NCBI GenBank assembly: GCA_965242725.1
Contig: CBDESZ010000004.1
Span: forward strand, 192,001-256,000
DNA from: Alkalispirochaeta sp.
Lineage (GTDB): Bacteria; Spirochaetota; Spirochaetia; DSM-27196; Alkalispirochaetaceae
DNA length: 64,000 bases
Reading direction: 5' to 3'
Positions within the stretch are counted from its first letter, which is position 1; each line of letters starts with the position of its first letter. The notes under the pieces were generated by a model, which worked only from the letters and a program-made list of their open reading frames with translations, made no database searches and was not told where the DNA came from. A program made the translations under genes and the position numbers. Below are positions 48,681 to 57,981 of the stretch, in pieces.

Positions 48681-49973
48681 TTATCGGCGGGGCAGGAGAA
48701 TTCCGTCCATCCAGGGTTTCGCACGGGTGTAGAGGTCGCCCTTGGACGCGAGAAGAAACTCAACGAATGCAGGCTCCATCCGGCCGTCAAAGTAGAGAGA
48801 CTGGCCAAGATAGAATCGGACGCGACGTTCCAGAGGCTCGCTTAATGGGAGGGTAAGAAGGTTCCGCAGGAGATCTGCAGCCCGCGCGTAGTGGCCGTCG
48901 GAAAAGTCCGTTGCAACGATCTGGTTGAGCGTTCTTTCCGCTCCTTCCGCACGTCGGGCCCGTTCTTCCGGCAATATGACCGGCTCCGGAGAGAAACGCG
49001 TCGGCTCGGGAGCGCGGGAGAGGAGGTAACGTACCGCCGTCTCCGTCTCTCCCTTCAGCGGCGCATCTGAACGCCGGGGAACGGGATTCAGGGCGAGTCG
49101 TTCACCGGTGCGAATGTCCCTGGCGATTTGAAGAATGGGGAGCGGAGCTCGTCGTTTTGTTGCCTGGGGAAACTGAATGTTCACGGGCTGGATTGATGCA
49201 AGACCGATTCGCACCGAGTCTGCAAGGGTATTGTCCCCGGGTTTCAGCTCCAGACTGCCACGCTCAACGAGTGCCTTATCGACGACGGCGTAGTAGTAGT
49301 CCACGCCGGGAACGGGATAGTCCGCAAAACGGCGGGTGGTGCTCTCAAATTCATCGATCAAGGTGGCGGTGTGTATATCGGACTCCGCGCGAAGGGGGGT
49401 GGTGCTTCGGTAGACGACAAGATCACGTCCTCCCCGGGAGGGCTCAAACCGAACGACCACCGCATTGTCCTGAACAATGGCATCGATGTTGTAGACCGCT
49501 GCGGCGAGGTCCTCTTCCGTTTCAAGCTGGGCAACGGTGACCGCCCGGATCGTCTTATTCCGAAAGGGGACAAAGATGGGGTAGATCGTGTCGGCTCCGT
49601 CGGTCGCAATAACCGCGTAGAAATACTGTCCCTCTTCCAGCGGAGTATCCAGGTACGTCTCGGTTCCTGCGGCAACTTCCGCGACCAGGGTCGCATTTCC
49701 AAAGGTGTCTGCCGTAATTTCCCTGGTGTGGCGATAAACCCGGTATGCGCCTCCATCAAGATCTTCCGCGTCCCGCCACGTCAGCCTGACCTGGGGATCC
49801 CGAACGGCGACCCGGAGGCGTGAGATGAACGGTGCAAAGACGTCCCGATCCTCAGCGGTGAGGTCGGACTGACCACCCTCAGACGTTTCCTGTGCGACCG
49901 CAGGAAAAAGCGGCAGCGTCGCAAGCAGGACCAGTATAGTGATCATTATCGATTGGCGTTTCGTCGAGAACAT
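48681..49973 (-). CDS. Exported hypothetical protein with two FN3-like repeats and a C-terminal TPR-like segment
   Basis: Signal peptide; LTW...YRVYR...YLD...YFYAV pattern repeated; FYLGQSLYF. Confidence 0.7.
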   Translation of the reverse strand: MFSTKRQSIMITILVLLATLPLFPAVAQETSEGGQSDLTAEDRDVFAPFISRLRVAVRDPQVRLTWRDAEDLDGGAYRVYRHTREITADTFGNATLVAEVAAGTETYLDTPLEEGQYFYAVIATDGADTIYPIFVPFRNKTIRAVTVAQLETEEDLAAAVYNIDAIVQDNAVVVRFEPSRGGRDLVVYRSTTPLRAESDIHTATLIDEFESTTRRFADYPVPGVDYYYAVVDKALVERGSLELKPGDNTLADSVRIGLASIQPVNIQFPQATKRRAPLPILQIARDIRTGERLALNPVPRRSDAPLKGETETAVRYLLSRAPEPTRFSPEPVILPEERARRAEGAERTLNQIVATDFSDGHYARAADLLRNLLTLPLSEPLERRVRFYLGQSLYFDGRMEPAFVEFLLASKGDLYTRAKPWMDGILLPRR

Positions 49974-50047
49974 CTCACACTCCCTCTTAACACTAATCGG
50001 CAATCTTTCCCGTTGTCCATAGCGCCTTCCTCGATTATGATTTCAGG

Positions 50048-51479
50048 ATGGACTTTACATGGAGCTTATTCATCGATTTTGGTGTGGTTTCCATCGGACT
50101 TCTGGCGGCAACGGCGCTAAGATACCGGTTTCGCTTTTTTCAGCGTTACCTCATACCAAACGCATTGACCGCAGGATTCCTAATCCTGCCCTTTTATAAT
50201 TACGTCGCCCCCTACCTGGGTATCGATTCCGTGCATCTGGGAGAGCTTGTGTACCATCTACTGAGTCTCTCCTTCATTTCGATGACGTTGCGGGCAACCG
50301 CTCCGCGTGCAACCGGCGGGGACGGACGGATTTTTGCAACCTCGATCGCAACGCTCTCCCAGTTTGGCGTACAGGCGTTGATCGGCCCTGCTCTTTACCT
50401 GGGTGATGATGATCACAGTGATGCCCGATCTCTTTCCGTCTTTCGGGTTTCTCCTGCCCCTTGGCTTCGCCCAGGGCCCGGGACAGGCGTATGCCATCGG
50501 TACCGGTTGGGGCCGATTCGGTTTTCTGGAGGCGGGAAGCATCGGACTGACCTTCGCCGCGATGGGATTCATATTTGCAAGCTTCGGCGGTGTGTTTCTC
50601 ATCAATTTCGGCATAAAACGAAAGTGGCTCACCGAGGAGTTCCTTAAAGGGTTTGATACGTCCGCGGTCAAGAGCGGGATCTTTCCGTCACGGAAACGGC
50701 GTCCCGTCGGCGCGGAGATGTCGACGGAAAGCGAGGCGATCGACTCCTTTACCTTTCATATCGCCCTCGTGTTTGCGGTGTATCTCCTCTCCTACGTCAT
50801 CCTGCTGGGTATTACCACGCTCCTTTCGTCTCTCGGTCCCCTTGCAACGGATCTCGCCGTGAATCTGTGGGGCATCAATTTCATCTTTTCCGCCCTCACG
50901 GGCATCCTCGTGCGTACCGTCATGCGTCGGACGGGATTGGACTATGCGGTGGACAGCAAGACCCTGACCCGGATTTCCGGTTTGTCCGTCGACGTCATGG
51001 TTGCCGCCGCCATCGGAGCGATTTCAATTGTCGTAGTCAAGGCGTACCTCCTGCCGATCATCCTTCTCTCTCTTATCGCAGGTGTGGTTACGCTGGTGAC
51101 GGTACCGTGGTTCTGTTCCCGGATCTTTACGGACCACCAGTTCCACCGGACGATGATGATATTCGGAGTGTCCACGGGTACCCTTCCGACGGGGCTGGCA
51201 TTACTGCGGGTTATCGATCCTGAGTTTGAAACGCCCGTTGCCAGTGACTACATGTATGCGTCGGGGATTACCTTTGTCCTGGCGATTCCGTTCATTCTGT
51301 CGATAAATCTTCCCGCCTACGCCGCAACGACGGGAGACATGAGGTATTTCTGGGCCGGCCTGGGTGTTGCCGCGGCGTATATCGTCCTCGTGTTTATCGC
51401 GTTCCTCTTTATTGCGAAGAAGCGCGCTTTTGCCCGGAGCTACAGGGTGTGGCTGCACCCGGAAAAGGACGACACGTAA
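50048..51479 (+). CDS. Sodium/glutamate symporter (GltS-like) with an apparent frameshift at 50386-50388
   Basis: LIPNALTAG, GFAQGPGQA, FG.STGT..TGLALLR..DP. Removing one C from GGCCCTG joins the two ORFs. Confidence 0.8.
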
Positions 51480-51495
51480 GATACGAAAAGGGTCC

Positions 51496-51906
51496 TTATT
51501 CGCCGGCACCGTGGAACGAATCAAACCGAATGGGCAGCAGCTCTCCCAGGGTTATCGTAGAGACGATGCCCGACAGGTTTGCGATGTGGATGGGGAACTC
51601 CCGCGGGAAGAATTCCCTCAATACCTGGAGACACAACGCGCAGGGCACCGCCGGCGGATCGCCGTCGGTCACCACGACCAGGTGGTCGGCAGGGACCGAT
51701 CCGTACGTGGCGATTGCCGTAAAGAGGGCGTTCCGCTCGGCACATACGGTGGCACCATAGCTGACGTTTTCCACGTTGCACCCGGTGATGATCGCATCGT
51801 CGTGAGGAAAGTGCAGGGCGGCACCGACTTTGAATCGCGAATACGGGGTGTACGCCCGGAGGCGAACCTCTTTTGCCGAGGCAAAGCTGTCTGCGGGACC
51901 TTTCAT
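51496..51906 (-). CDS. cdd: Cytidine deaminase
   Basis: AYTPYSRFKVGAAL, GCNVEN, CAER, PCALC. Confidence 0.95.
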   Translation of the reverse strand: MKGPADSFASAKEVRLRAYTPYSRFKVGAALHFPHDDAIITGCNVENVSYGATVCAERNALFTAIATYGSVPADHLVVVTDGDPPAVPCALCLQVLREFFPREFPIHIANLSGIVSTITLGELLPIRFDSFHGAGE

Positions 51907-51959
51907 GAGACCTGGTAGTGTATATCCACCATTTCCCGGCGTCAATTCTCAATCAGTAT

Positions 51960-53148
51960 ATGCCGACACTCTTAAACAGAATGAACGGGAACACATCCTT
52001 CATTGAAAAAATGGTTCGTCGACTCCGTCGCTCCCCGTATACTGCCCCTACCGTCTTCTTCCTTGGTGTATTTATTCTCACGGGTATACTGGTCTGGGTC
52101 TTTGAATTTCCCCGGAATGAGGAATTCGTCACCGTCATGGACGGGCTGTGGTGGTCAATCATCACCTTCAGCACTACCGGTTATGGAGATAAGGTTCCCG
52201 TCACCTTTGTCGGGCGGCTCATTGCGGTCCTGACGATAATGGTCGGCATCGGCGGAACGAGCCTGTTGTCCGGTGCTCTGGCGTCGTGGCTCGTCGACAG
52301 GAACACCAAAGCGAGGAGGGGACTTATGGATTACAAAAAGTTGAAAGACCATCTGGTTATCTGCGGCTGGAAAAATGACATGAAGGAGATACTCCTCGAC
52401 ATTCTCCGGATTTCGGCCGACGTCGATTCCGACCATCTCCTTGTGGTTTCCAACGTCGAATCCGAGCGTATTGAGGAGCTGAAGGAAGACCACCGTCTTG
52501 CAGGGCTCAAGTTTGTCCGGGGCGACTATTACTCTGAAGCGGCCCTGCGCCGGGGGGAGCGTGGAAACGGCGCGAAAGGTCCTCATTCTCGCCGATACAC
52601 TTGAGAGCAGTGCAAGCAGCGAGGTTGACTCAAAGACCGTCATGACCGTCCTGACGACGAAGGCGATCTCCAGGGATATTTACGTGACCGCGGAGGTGCT
52701 GGACAAAAAGTACGAGAGCTATCTCAAACAGGCTATGTGCGACGAAATACTCTTCAGCAGGGACTTCAGCCGACAGATGCTTGCAAACACGAGCGCCACC
52801 AACGGCATGAGCCATATCATATACGATCTGCTGACCCAGTCAGGGGGCACATCACGGCTGACGACGGAAGTTGTCCCCCAGGGAAAAACTATTCATACCT
52901 ACGGTGACCTTAAAGCGCTGTTTACCGATCCGGACCGGGTCCTTCTGGGAGTCCTTGAGAACACCGGCTCCCCCAATCGCATGAAGCGTGAAGCGTTGCG
53001 GGATGCCCAGAAGACGTCAGATGTGTCACAGCTCATTTCCAATCTTCAAAAGGTCAAGGGGCTGGAAGTGAACAAGCCGCGCTTCCTGCCGCCCGACGAT
53101 CACCCCATTCAACGACACACCCACGCTATCGTGCTGGAGCGACTATGA
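51960..53148 (+). CDS. 2-TM potassium channel with RCK (TrkA-N) domain; apparent frameshift in the G6 run at 52552-52557
   Basis: WW...TFSTTGYGDK.P filter; HLVICGW; removing one G joins it to SVETARKVLILAD...DSKTVM. Confidence 0.85.
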
Positions 53149-53660
53149 ACGCCAGGGACGCAACGGGGGTGAACAATTCGATCCTGCAGAAGCTCAAAGA
53201 AATTCCAATTTTTGAAGACATCAGGGACGCCGACGAGTTTATGCAGCGCCTCATCGGAATCTGCAAGCTGAAGAAGTTTCTGAAAGGCGAGACGATCATC
53301 AGGGAGGGCGACCTCGGCAGCGAGATGTTTATCGTCTATTCCGGAGCGGTCGAAATCAAGAAACGGACCCGCGCCGGCGACGATTACACGGTCGTCATTT
53401 TGAAGGCTGAGTACAATGTCTTCTTCGGTGAGTTGGCCCTCATTGACGACGACAAACGGTCTGCAACCGTTGTTGCCACGGAAGATTCGGAGTTTCTCGT
53501 CATCGAAAAAAGTGACTTCATTCGCCTGGGGAATGACAACCCCTCGATAGGATTGCCGGTGACGCGGTCGATCGCAAAAATCCTCGCCTCCCGTCTGCGG
53601 AAGACGACTGTAGATATGCTGACCCTCTTTGACGCGCTGGTCAGTGAAATCGAAGACTGA
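53145..53660 (+). CDS. Stand-alone cyclic nucleotide-binding domain protein
   Basis: IIREGD.G..MF, FFGELAL....RSATV phosphate-binding cassette; no HTH. Confidence 0.9.
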   Translation: MNARDATGVNNSILQKLKEIPIFEDIRDADEFMQRLIGICKLKKFLKGETIIREGDLGSEMFIVYSGAVEIKKRTRAGDDYTVVILKAEYNVFFGELALIDDDKRSATVVATEDSEFLVIEKSDFIRLGNDNPSIGLPVTRSIAKILASRLRKTTVDMLTLFDALVSEIED

Positions 53661-53663
53661 GAC

Positions 53664-53694
53664 AAAAAAAACCCGCCCTCACATGGGGCGGGTT
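53664..53694 (-). terminator. Rho-independent terminator oriented for a minus-strand transcript
   Basis: Minus strand AACCCGCCC-CATGTGA-GGGCGGG followed by T8. Confidence 0.85.
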
Positions 53695-53791
53695 GTAATG
53701 AATCTCTTCACTATCGGAAAAGATCTTTCCGATACACGGTACAAACCGTATCAGGGAGAAAGGAACCGTGAGGTTCCAACCTACGCATGCG

Positions 53792-53890
53792 TTACGCCGC
53801 TTTTCGGAATGTCCGATCGGCGTTGACGCGCAACCAGGTAACGGCCACTGCGAGGGCCAGTCCACCAATGGTAAGAACGGCAAGCATCAT
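53792..53890 (-). CDS. 32-aa single-TM peptide (type I toxin-like)
   Basis: AAGGAGG RBS at 53903-53897; MMLAVLTIGGLALAVAVTWLRVNADRTFRKAA; own promoter and terminator. Not in the ORF track. Confidence 0.7.
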   Translation of the reverse strand: MMLAVLTIGGLALAVAVTWLRVNADRTFRKAA

Positions 53891-54007
53891 CGCTGTCCTC
53901 CTTAACAGGGTAGTGGGCCAGAAACTTTCCCTTTTCTGTTTTCAAGTGGCAACTTACCATATGACGCTGCCACTTCCCTGTCCGACGTTTTTCGTCGGCA
54001 CATCCGT

Positions 54008-54036
54008 AAGATAAAAAAATACCGAATTAATGTCAA
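54008..54036 (-). promoter_or_regulatory. Sigma70-type promoter for the 32-aa peptide transcript
   Basis: TTGACA (54036-54031), 17-nt spacer, TATCTT (54013-54008). Confidence 0.75.
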
Positions 54037-54057
54037 TCCATCTGTCAAGAAAAAAGT

Positions 54058-55254
54058 TTAAATATTTTTATCGATTCTTTTCATCGCCTCGACCACTTTT
54101 TCCCTGTCGTTGAATGCACTTATGCGGATATATCCCTCTCCGCCGTCGCCGAAACCGGCGCCCGGTGTGGTGACGACGCCCGTATTGTTCAGGATTTCGT
54201 CAAAGAAATCCCATGAGGGACGTCCGGCGTTGACCCAGATGTACGGCGAATTGTCTCCTCCGACACACTCATAGCCCTTGGCCTGGACTCCCGAGCGAAT
54301 CAGCTTTGCGTTCTCAAGATAGTAATCCGACAGTGCACGGATTTCTTTGGATCCTTCGTCGGAAAATACTGCAGCGGCAGCGCGCTGAACGGGATAGGAC
54401 GCTCCGTTGAACTTCGTGCTGTGTCTTCTGGACCAGAGATCCCTGAGAGAGTACCGCGTGCCACCGCTGTCGGTGGCGACGACCGTTTTGGGAATCACCG
54501 TATAGGCGCAGCGCAACCCGGTAAAGCCCGCGGTCTTGGAGAAGCTGCGAAACTCGACGGCACACGTCTCGGCTCCGGGTATTTCAAAAATACTCCGGGG
54601 AATCCTGTCGTCCCTGATGAATTCGACATAGGCGGCGTCAAAGAGGATGATCGCGTCGTGTTCACGGGCGTACTGAACGTACTGCTCAAGCTGCTCCCGC
54701 GTTGCCGTCGCCCCGGTGGGATTGTTGGGAAAGCAGAGATAGAGAATGTCCGTATGTTCTTCCGGAGGGGGCGGTACGAAACCGTTGTCCGCCGTCCCGT
54801 GCATATAGTGGAGCCTGCTCTTCCTGCCCGCCATGATACTTGTGTCGCGATAGACGGGGTAAACGGGGTCGGGTATTGCGATGACCTGCCCGTCCGCAAA
54901 GAGTTCCTGGAAGTTTCCGGTGTCGCACTTGGAACCGTCACTCACAAAGACGTCGTCGGGAGAGATGTCCACGTCACGGCTTTCATAGTCGTGGTGAACG
55001 ATCGCCTTCCGCAGGAATTCATACCCCTGCTCCGGCCCGTACCCGCGGAAGGTCTCCGCCGCGGACATTTCCTCTGCGGCATCGTGGAGGGCTTTGACGG
55101 CGGAGGGCGGCAACGGTTGGGTCACGTCGCCGATTCCCAGTTTTATGACCGATGTCTCCGGATGGGCGTTCTCCCACGCCTGGACACGTTTTGCGATATC
55201 TACAAAGAGGTAGGACTTGGACAGTTCCGTATAATGTTCATTGATCTTGGGCAT
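54058..55254 (-). CDS. dapL: LL-diaminopimelate aminotransferase
   Basis: SYLF, LGIGDVTQPL, GYGPEQGY, SDGSKCD, CFPNNPTG, SFSKTAGFTG. Start set at MPKINEH. Confidence 0.96.
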   Translation of the reverse strand: MPKINEHYTELSKSYLFVDIAKRVQAWENAHPETSVIKLGIGDVTQPLPPSAVKALHDAAEEMSAAETFRGYGPEQGYEFLRKAIVHHDYESRDVDISPDDVFVSDGSKCDTGNFQELFADGQVIAIPDPVYPVYRDTSIMAGRKSRLHYMHGTADNGFVPPPPEEHTDILYLCFPNNPTGATATREQLEQYVQYAREHDAIILFDAAYVEFIRDDRIPRSIFEIPGAETCAVEFRSFSKTAGFTGLRCAYTVIPKTVVATDSGGTRYSLRDLWSRRHSTKFNGASYPVQRAAAAVFSDEGSKEIRALSDYYLENAKLIRSGVQAKGYECVGGDNSPYIWVNAGRPSWDFFDEILNNTGVVTTPGAGFGDGGEGYIRISAFNDREKVVEAMKRIDKNI

Positions 55255-55293
55255 ACCTTGTCTCCAAGGAGAACATACGCGATAGTACTCACT

Positions 55294-55761
55294 ATGAAAA
55301 GGGCAGATCTGCTTGCACATTGTCAATCTGAATTGGATCGGGGGGCCGAGCGGGGAGTAGGGCTCCAACTCGTGTGCTCCTACCTCCAGCGGGAAGTCCC
55401 CCATTATGACTGGTTCGGTTTCTATATCGCCGTGCCTGAAGAACGCCTCCTCGTTCTGGGACCGTATGAGGGAGCGCCGACGGATCACCTTCGCATTCCC
55501 TATGGACGGGGTATCTGCGGACAGGCCGCGGAGCGGCTGGAGACATTTCTTGTTGACGACGTGAAGAATCAGAACAACTACCTGTCGTGCAGCATTCACG
55601 TGAAGAGTGAAATCGTCGTACCGGTATTCAGGGACGGTGCGTTTGTCGCGGAAATTGACATCGATTCCCACCGGGTCAACGCATTTGACGACGATGATCG
55701 GGAGTTCCTCGAGGCGTTGGCACCCCTGTGCGCTCCTCATATTCCCGATGTTGAAGGGTAA
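55294..55761 (+). CDS. GAF-domain protein (free methionine-R-sulfoxide reductase MsrC-like)
   Basis: WFGFY, LGPYEG, IPYGRGICG, YLSC, SEIVVP, DIDS. The upstream part of the long ORF is a dapL antisense shadow. Confidence 0.85.
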   Translation: MKRADLLAHCQSELDRGAERGVGLQLVCSYLQREVPHYDWFGFYIAVPEERLLVLGPYEGAPTDHLRIPYGRGICGQAAERLETFLVDDVKNQNNYLSCSIHVKSEIVVPVFRDGAFVAEIDIDSHRVNAFDDDDREFLEALAPLCAPHIPDVEG

Positions 55762-55798
55762 GCGATGTTTGGCTATGCTCGTTGAAAGGGGTATCTAC

Positions 55799-56752
55799 AT
55801 GAAACAGACAGCAGGAATACGTTTCGGGTGGACGCGGGGAATGGGTCCGCTGATTGTGCTGACCGTAACGCTCGCGATGGTCATGGCGGCAGGTTCTCTG
55901 TTTGCCCAGGATGGACAGGGGGACATCGAATCCGCACTTGCCCGGATTGACGACATGATCGATGCGGAAGAACCGCAACGGGCGATGTCGGAACTTGAAT
56001 CGATGCAGTCGCAGGCATCAACCCCATCGGTACGGGGTGAAATCCTGTGGCGGATGGCTTCCGCGACGCTCATGCACGGCGATCAGCGAAAGGATGCCGG
56101 TGCAGGAGACAATGAACTCCTTGAAATTTACGCCAGGGGTGAAGAGTACGGAAAGAGGGCGGTGGAAGCCGATCCCGCAAATCCTTTGGGGTACTACTGG
56201 CAGTCCGCCAATATCGGCCGGTGGGGTCAGACCAAGGGTGTATTGAACAGCCTCTTTCGCGCTCCCGACATGCGGGACCTCCTCACCGAAACGATACGTC
56301 GTGACCCGGACCACGCAGAAAGCTACTACGTCCTCGGTCAGCTCTACGCAAAAGTGCCGGGGATGATCTCCTTCGGAAACGTCGAATATGCCGTCTCCCT
56401 TGCCCGCAAGTCGGTGGACCTCATGGAGGCGGAATTGACGTCGGGTGAACGGGAAGAACGAAACGAGGCGTTTTATGTGCAGCTTGCATCCCATCTCGCC
56501 GATCGGGACTGGAACAGGCGGCGGCGCGACCGGGAACGGGACTCGATGAGGGAGAGCTACAACGGCGCAAAGGGCGCTCTGGAAAAGGGTTTCTACTATG
56601 AAGGTATCGCGGATATCCCGGGCCGGGACGACGAGGCGGAGGCACGGGAAATCCTGGAAGAGGTAATTCGCCGTCTGGAACGAACAGCCTCACCGACGCC
56701 CAGCGAACGGCGGCAGTTGACGGAAGCCAGGGAATTGTTGTCGGAACTGTGA
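55799..56752 (+). CDS. Exported TPR-like protein
   Basis: Signal peptide ending LFA; helical repeats (YYW.SANIGRWG, YYVLGQLY..VPG). Confidence 0.75.
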   Translation: MKQTAGIRFGWTRGMGPLIVLTVTLAMVMAAGSLFAQDGQGDIESALARIDDMIDAEEPQRAMSELESMQSQASTPSVRGEILWRMASATLMHGDQRKDAGAGDNELLEIYARGEEYGKRAVEADPANPLGYYWQSANIGRWGQTKGVLNSLFRAPDMRDLLTETIRRDPDHAESYYVLGQLYAKVPGMISFGNVEYAVSLARKSVDLMEAELTSGEREERNEAFYVQLASHLADRDWNRRRRDRERDSMRESYNGAKGALEKGFYYEGIADIPGRDDEAEAREILEEVIRRLERTASPTPSERRQLTEARELLSEL

Positions 56753-56754
56753 CC

Positions 56755-57981
56755 TTATTCCCGGTCTGAAAGGTCGTCCCCACCGTCATCGGTGGGGATG
56801 AAACTCGCCCGGCCGATGGCGGAACGACCAAAACGATTGCGCAGTGCGACGATGGTCGTGTCGATGGGTGGCGCGTCGTGCTCGCCGGTAAAGGGAATGA
56901 GATCGTTCTGGAGATCCTGCCCGTCGGTGATGTCTCCGCTCACACCCACTCCCAGGAGGCGCAGGGGCCGGGACTCCCGGCGGCTCTCCAGCATACCCAT
57001 CGCGATTCGGGTCAGGTCTCCACTGCTTTGAACACGGTGGGACAGCGTCCTGGATACCGTGTGGGTCTCAAAGGAGGGAAGGCGAAACTTTACCTGAATC
57101 GTCCTCCCCCGCCACCCCTCAACGATCGAACGATGGATGACCTCGTCGGCCATGAGAAGCAGGTGGTGTTCCAGAACGTCCGGATCCTGGATGTCTTCCT
57201 CAAAGGTCTCTTCAGCCGAAATACTGTGACGTTCACCCTTTTTCTGGAATATTCCCGGATCCTCTCCCCGGGCGGCGTGGTAGAGATACCGCCCCGCGGC
57301 GTCGCCAAAATGGCCGTTGAGATACTCGATACGTTGGTCCCGCAACTGCCGTACCGTCGTGATGCCGAGACGGTTCAGGCGGGTCAGTGTCTTTTTTCCA
57401 AGTCCCCAGAGGTCCTTGAGGGGGAGGGTGAGAACGAACTCCCCTTCCTCCCCGGGGACGACTTCAAACAGTCCGTCCGGTTTGTCCACATCGCTTGCCA
57501 TTTTTGCAATAAATCGGGACTGCGCGATTCCGACGGAAATTGTCAATCCCGTCCGACTGCGTATCGCCTCTTTGATTGACCGCGCCTGGTCGCGGTAGGG
57601 GCCAAGGAGGCGTTGAGTCCCCGTCATATCCAGAAAGGCCTCGTCTATGGAAATAGCCTGTACCGACGGGGATGTCTCATTGAGGATTCCCATAACGATT
57701 CCGGATACCTCCCGATAGCGATGCATGCGGACGGGGACGACGTGCGCCGAGGGACAGAGCGACAGAGCTTGTCTCATCGGCATGGCACTGTGGACGCCGT
57801 AGGAACGCGCCTCGTAACTGCACGCCGCAACGACGCCCCGTCCGCTCCTGCCCCCGACGACGACCGGCTTTCCCCGCAGTGCAGGGTGGTCGTTCTGTTC
57901 TACCGAGGCGTAAAAGGCATCCATGTCGACGTGAAAAAAACAGGAGCTCACGGCAGGACCCCGCGGGAACGGGCGGTCCAT
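56755..57981 (-). CDS. dinB: DNA polymerase IV
   Basis: HVDMDAFYASVE, SYEAR, SIDEAFLD, ASDVDKPDG. Confidence 0.96.
   Translation of the reverse strand: MDRPFPRGPAVSSCFFHVDMDAFYASVEQNDHPALRGKPVVVGGRSGRGVVAACSYEARSYGVHSAMPMRQALSLCPSAHVVPVRMHRYREVSGIVMGILNETSPSVQAISIDEAFLDMTGTQRLLGPYRDQARSIKEAIRSRTGLTISVGIAQSRFIAKMASDVDKPDGLFEVVPGEEGEFVLTLPLKDLWGLGKKTLTRLNRLGITTVRQLRDQRIEYLNGHFGDAAGRYLYHAARGEDPGIFQKKGERHSISAEETFEEDIQDPDVLEHHLLLMADEVIHRSIVEGWRGRTIQVKFRLPSFETHTVSRTLSHRVQSSGDLTRIAMGMLESRRESRPLRLLGVGVSGDITDGQDLQNDLIPFTGEHDAPPIDTTIVALRNRFGRSAIGRASFIPTDDGGDDLSDRE

Noticed and set aside
53904..54000. Leader as a c-di-GMP-I or lysine riboswitch
   Set aside because: The GGCAGC/GTTGCC words are suggestive, but the GGCAAA...GAAA...GACGCAAA core is absent. 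The element lies downstream of dapL, not upstream. A covariance-model scan is needed to exclude this fully.
54421..55740. Apparent long overlapping ORFs (446-aa plus-strand and 560-aa minus-strand)
   Set aside because: Each extension is the antisense shadow of the neighbouring gene; recognisable domains begin at 55294 (plus) and 55254 (minus).
56755..57981. dinB as a marker of a mobile or mutagenesis cassette
   Set aside because: It sits among housekeeping genes with no imuA/imuB/dnaE2, integrase or transposase nearby.
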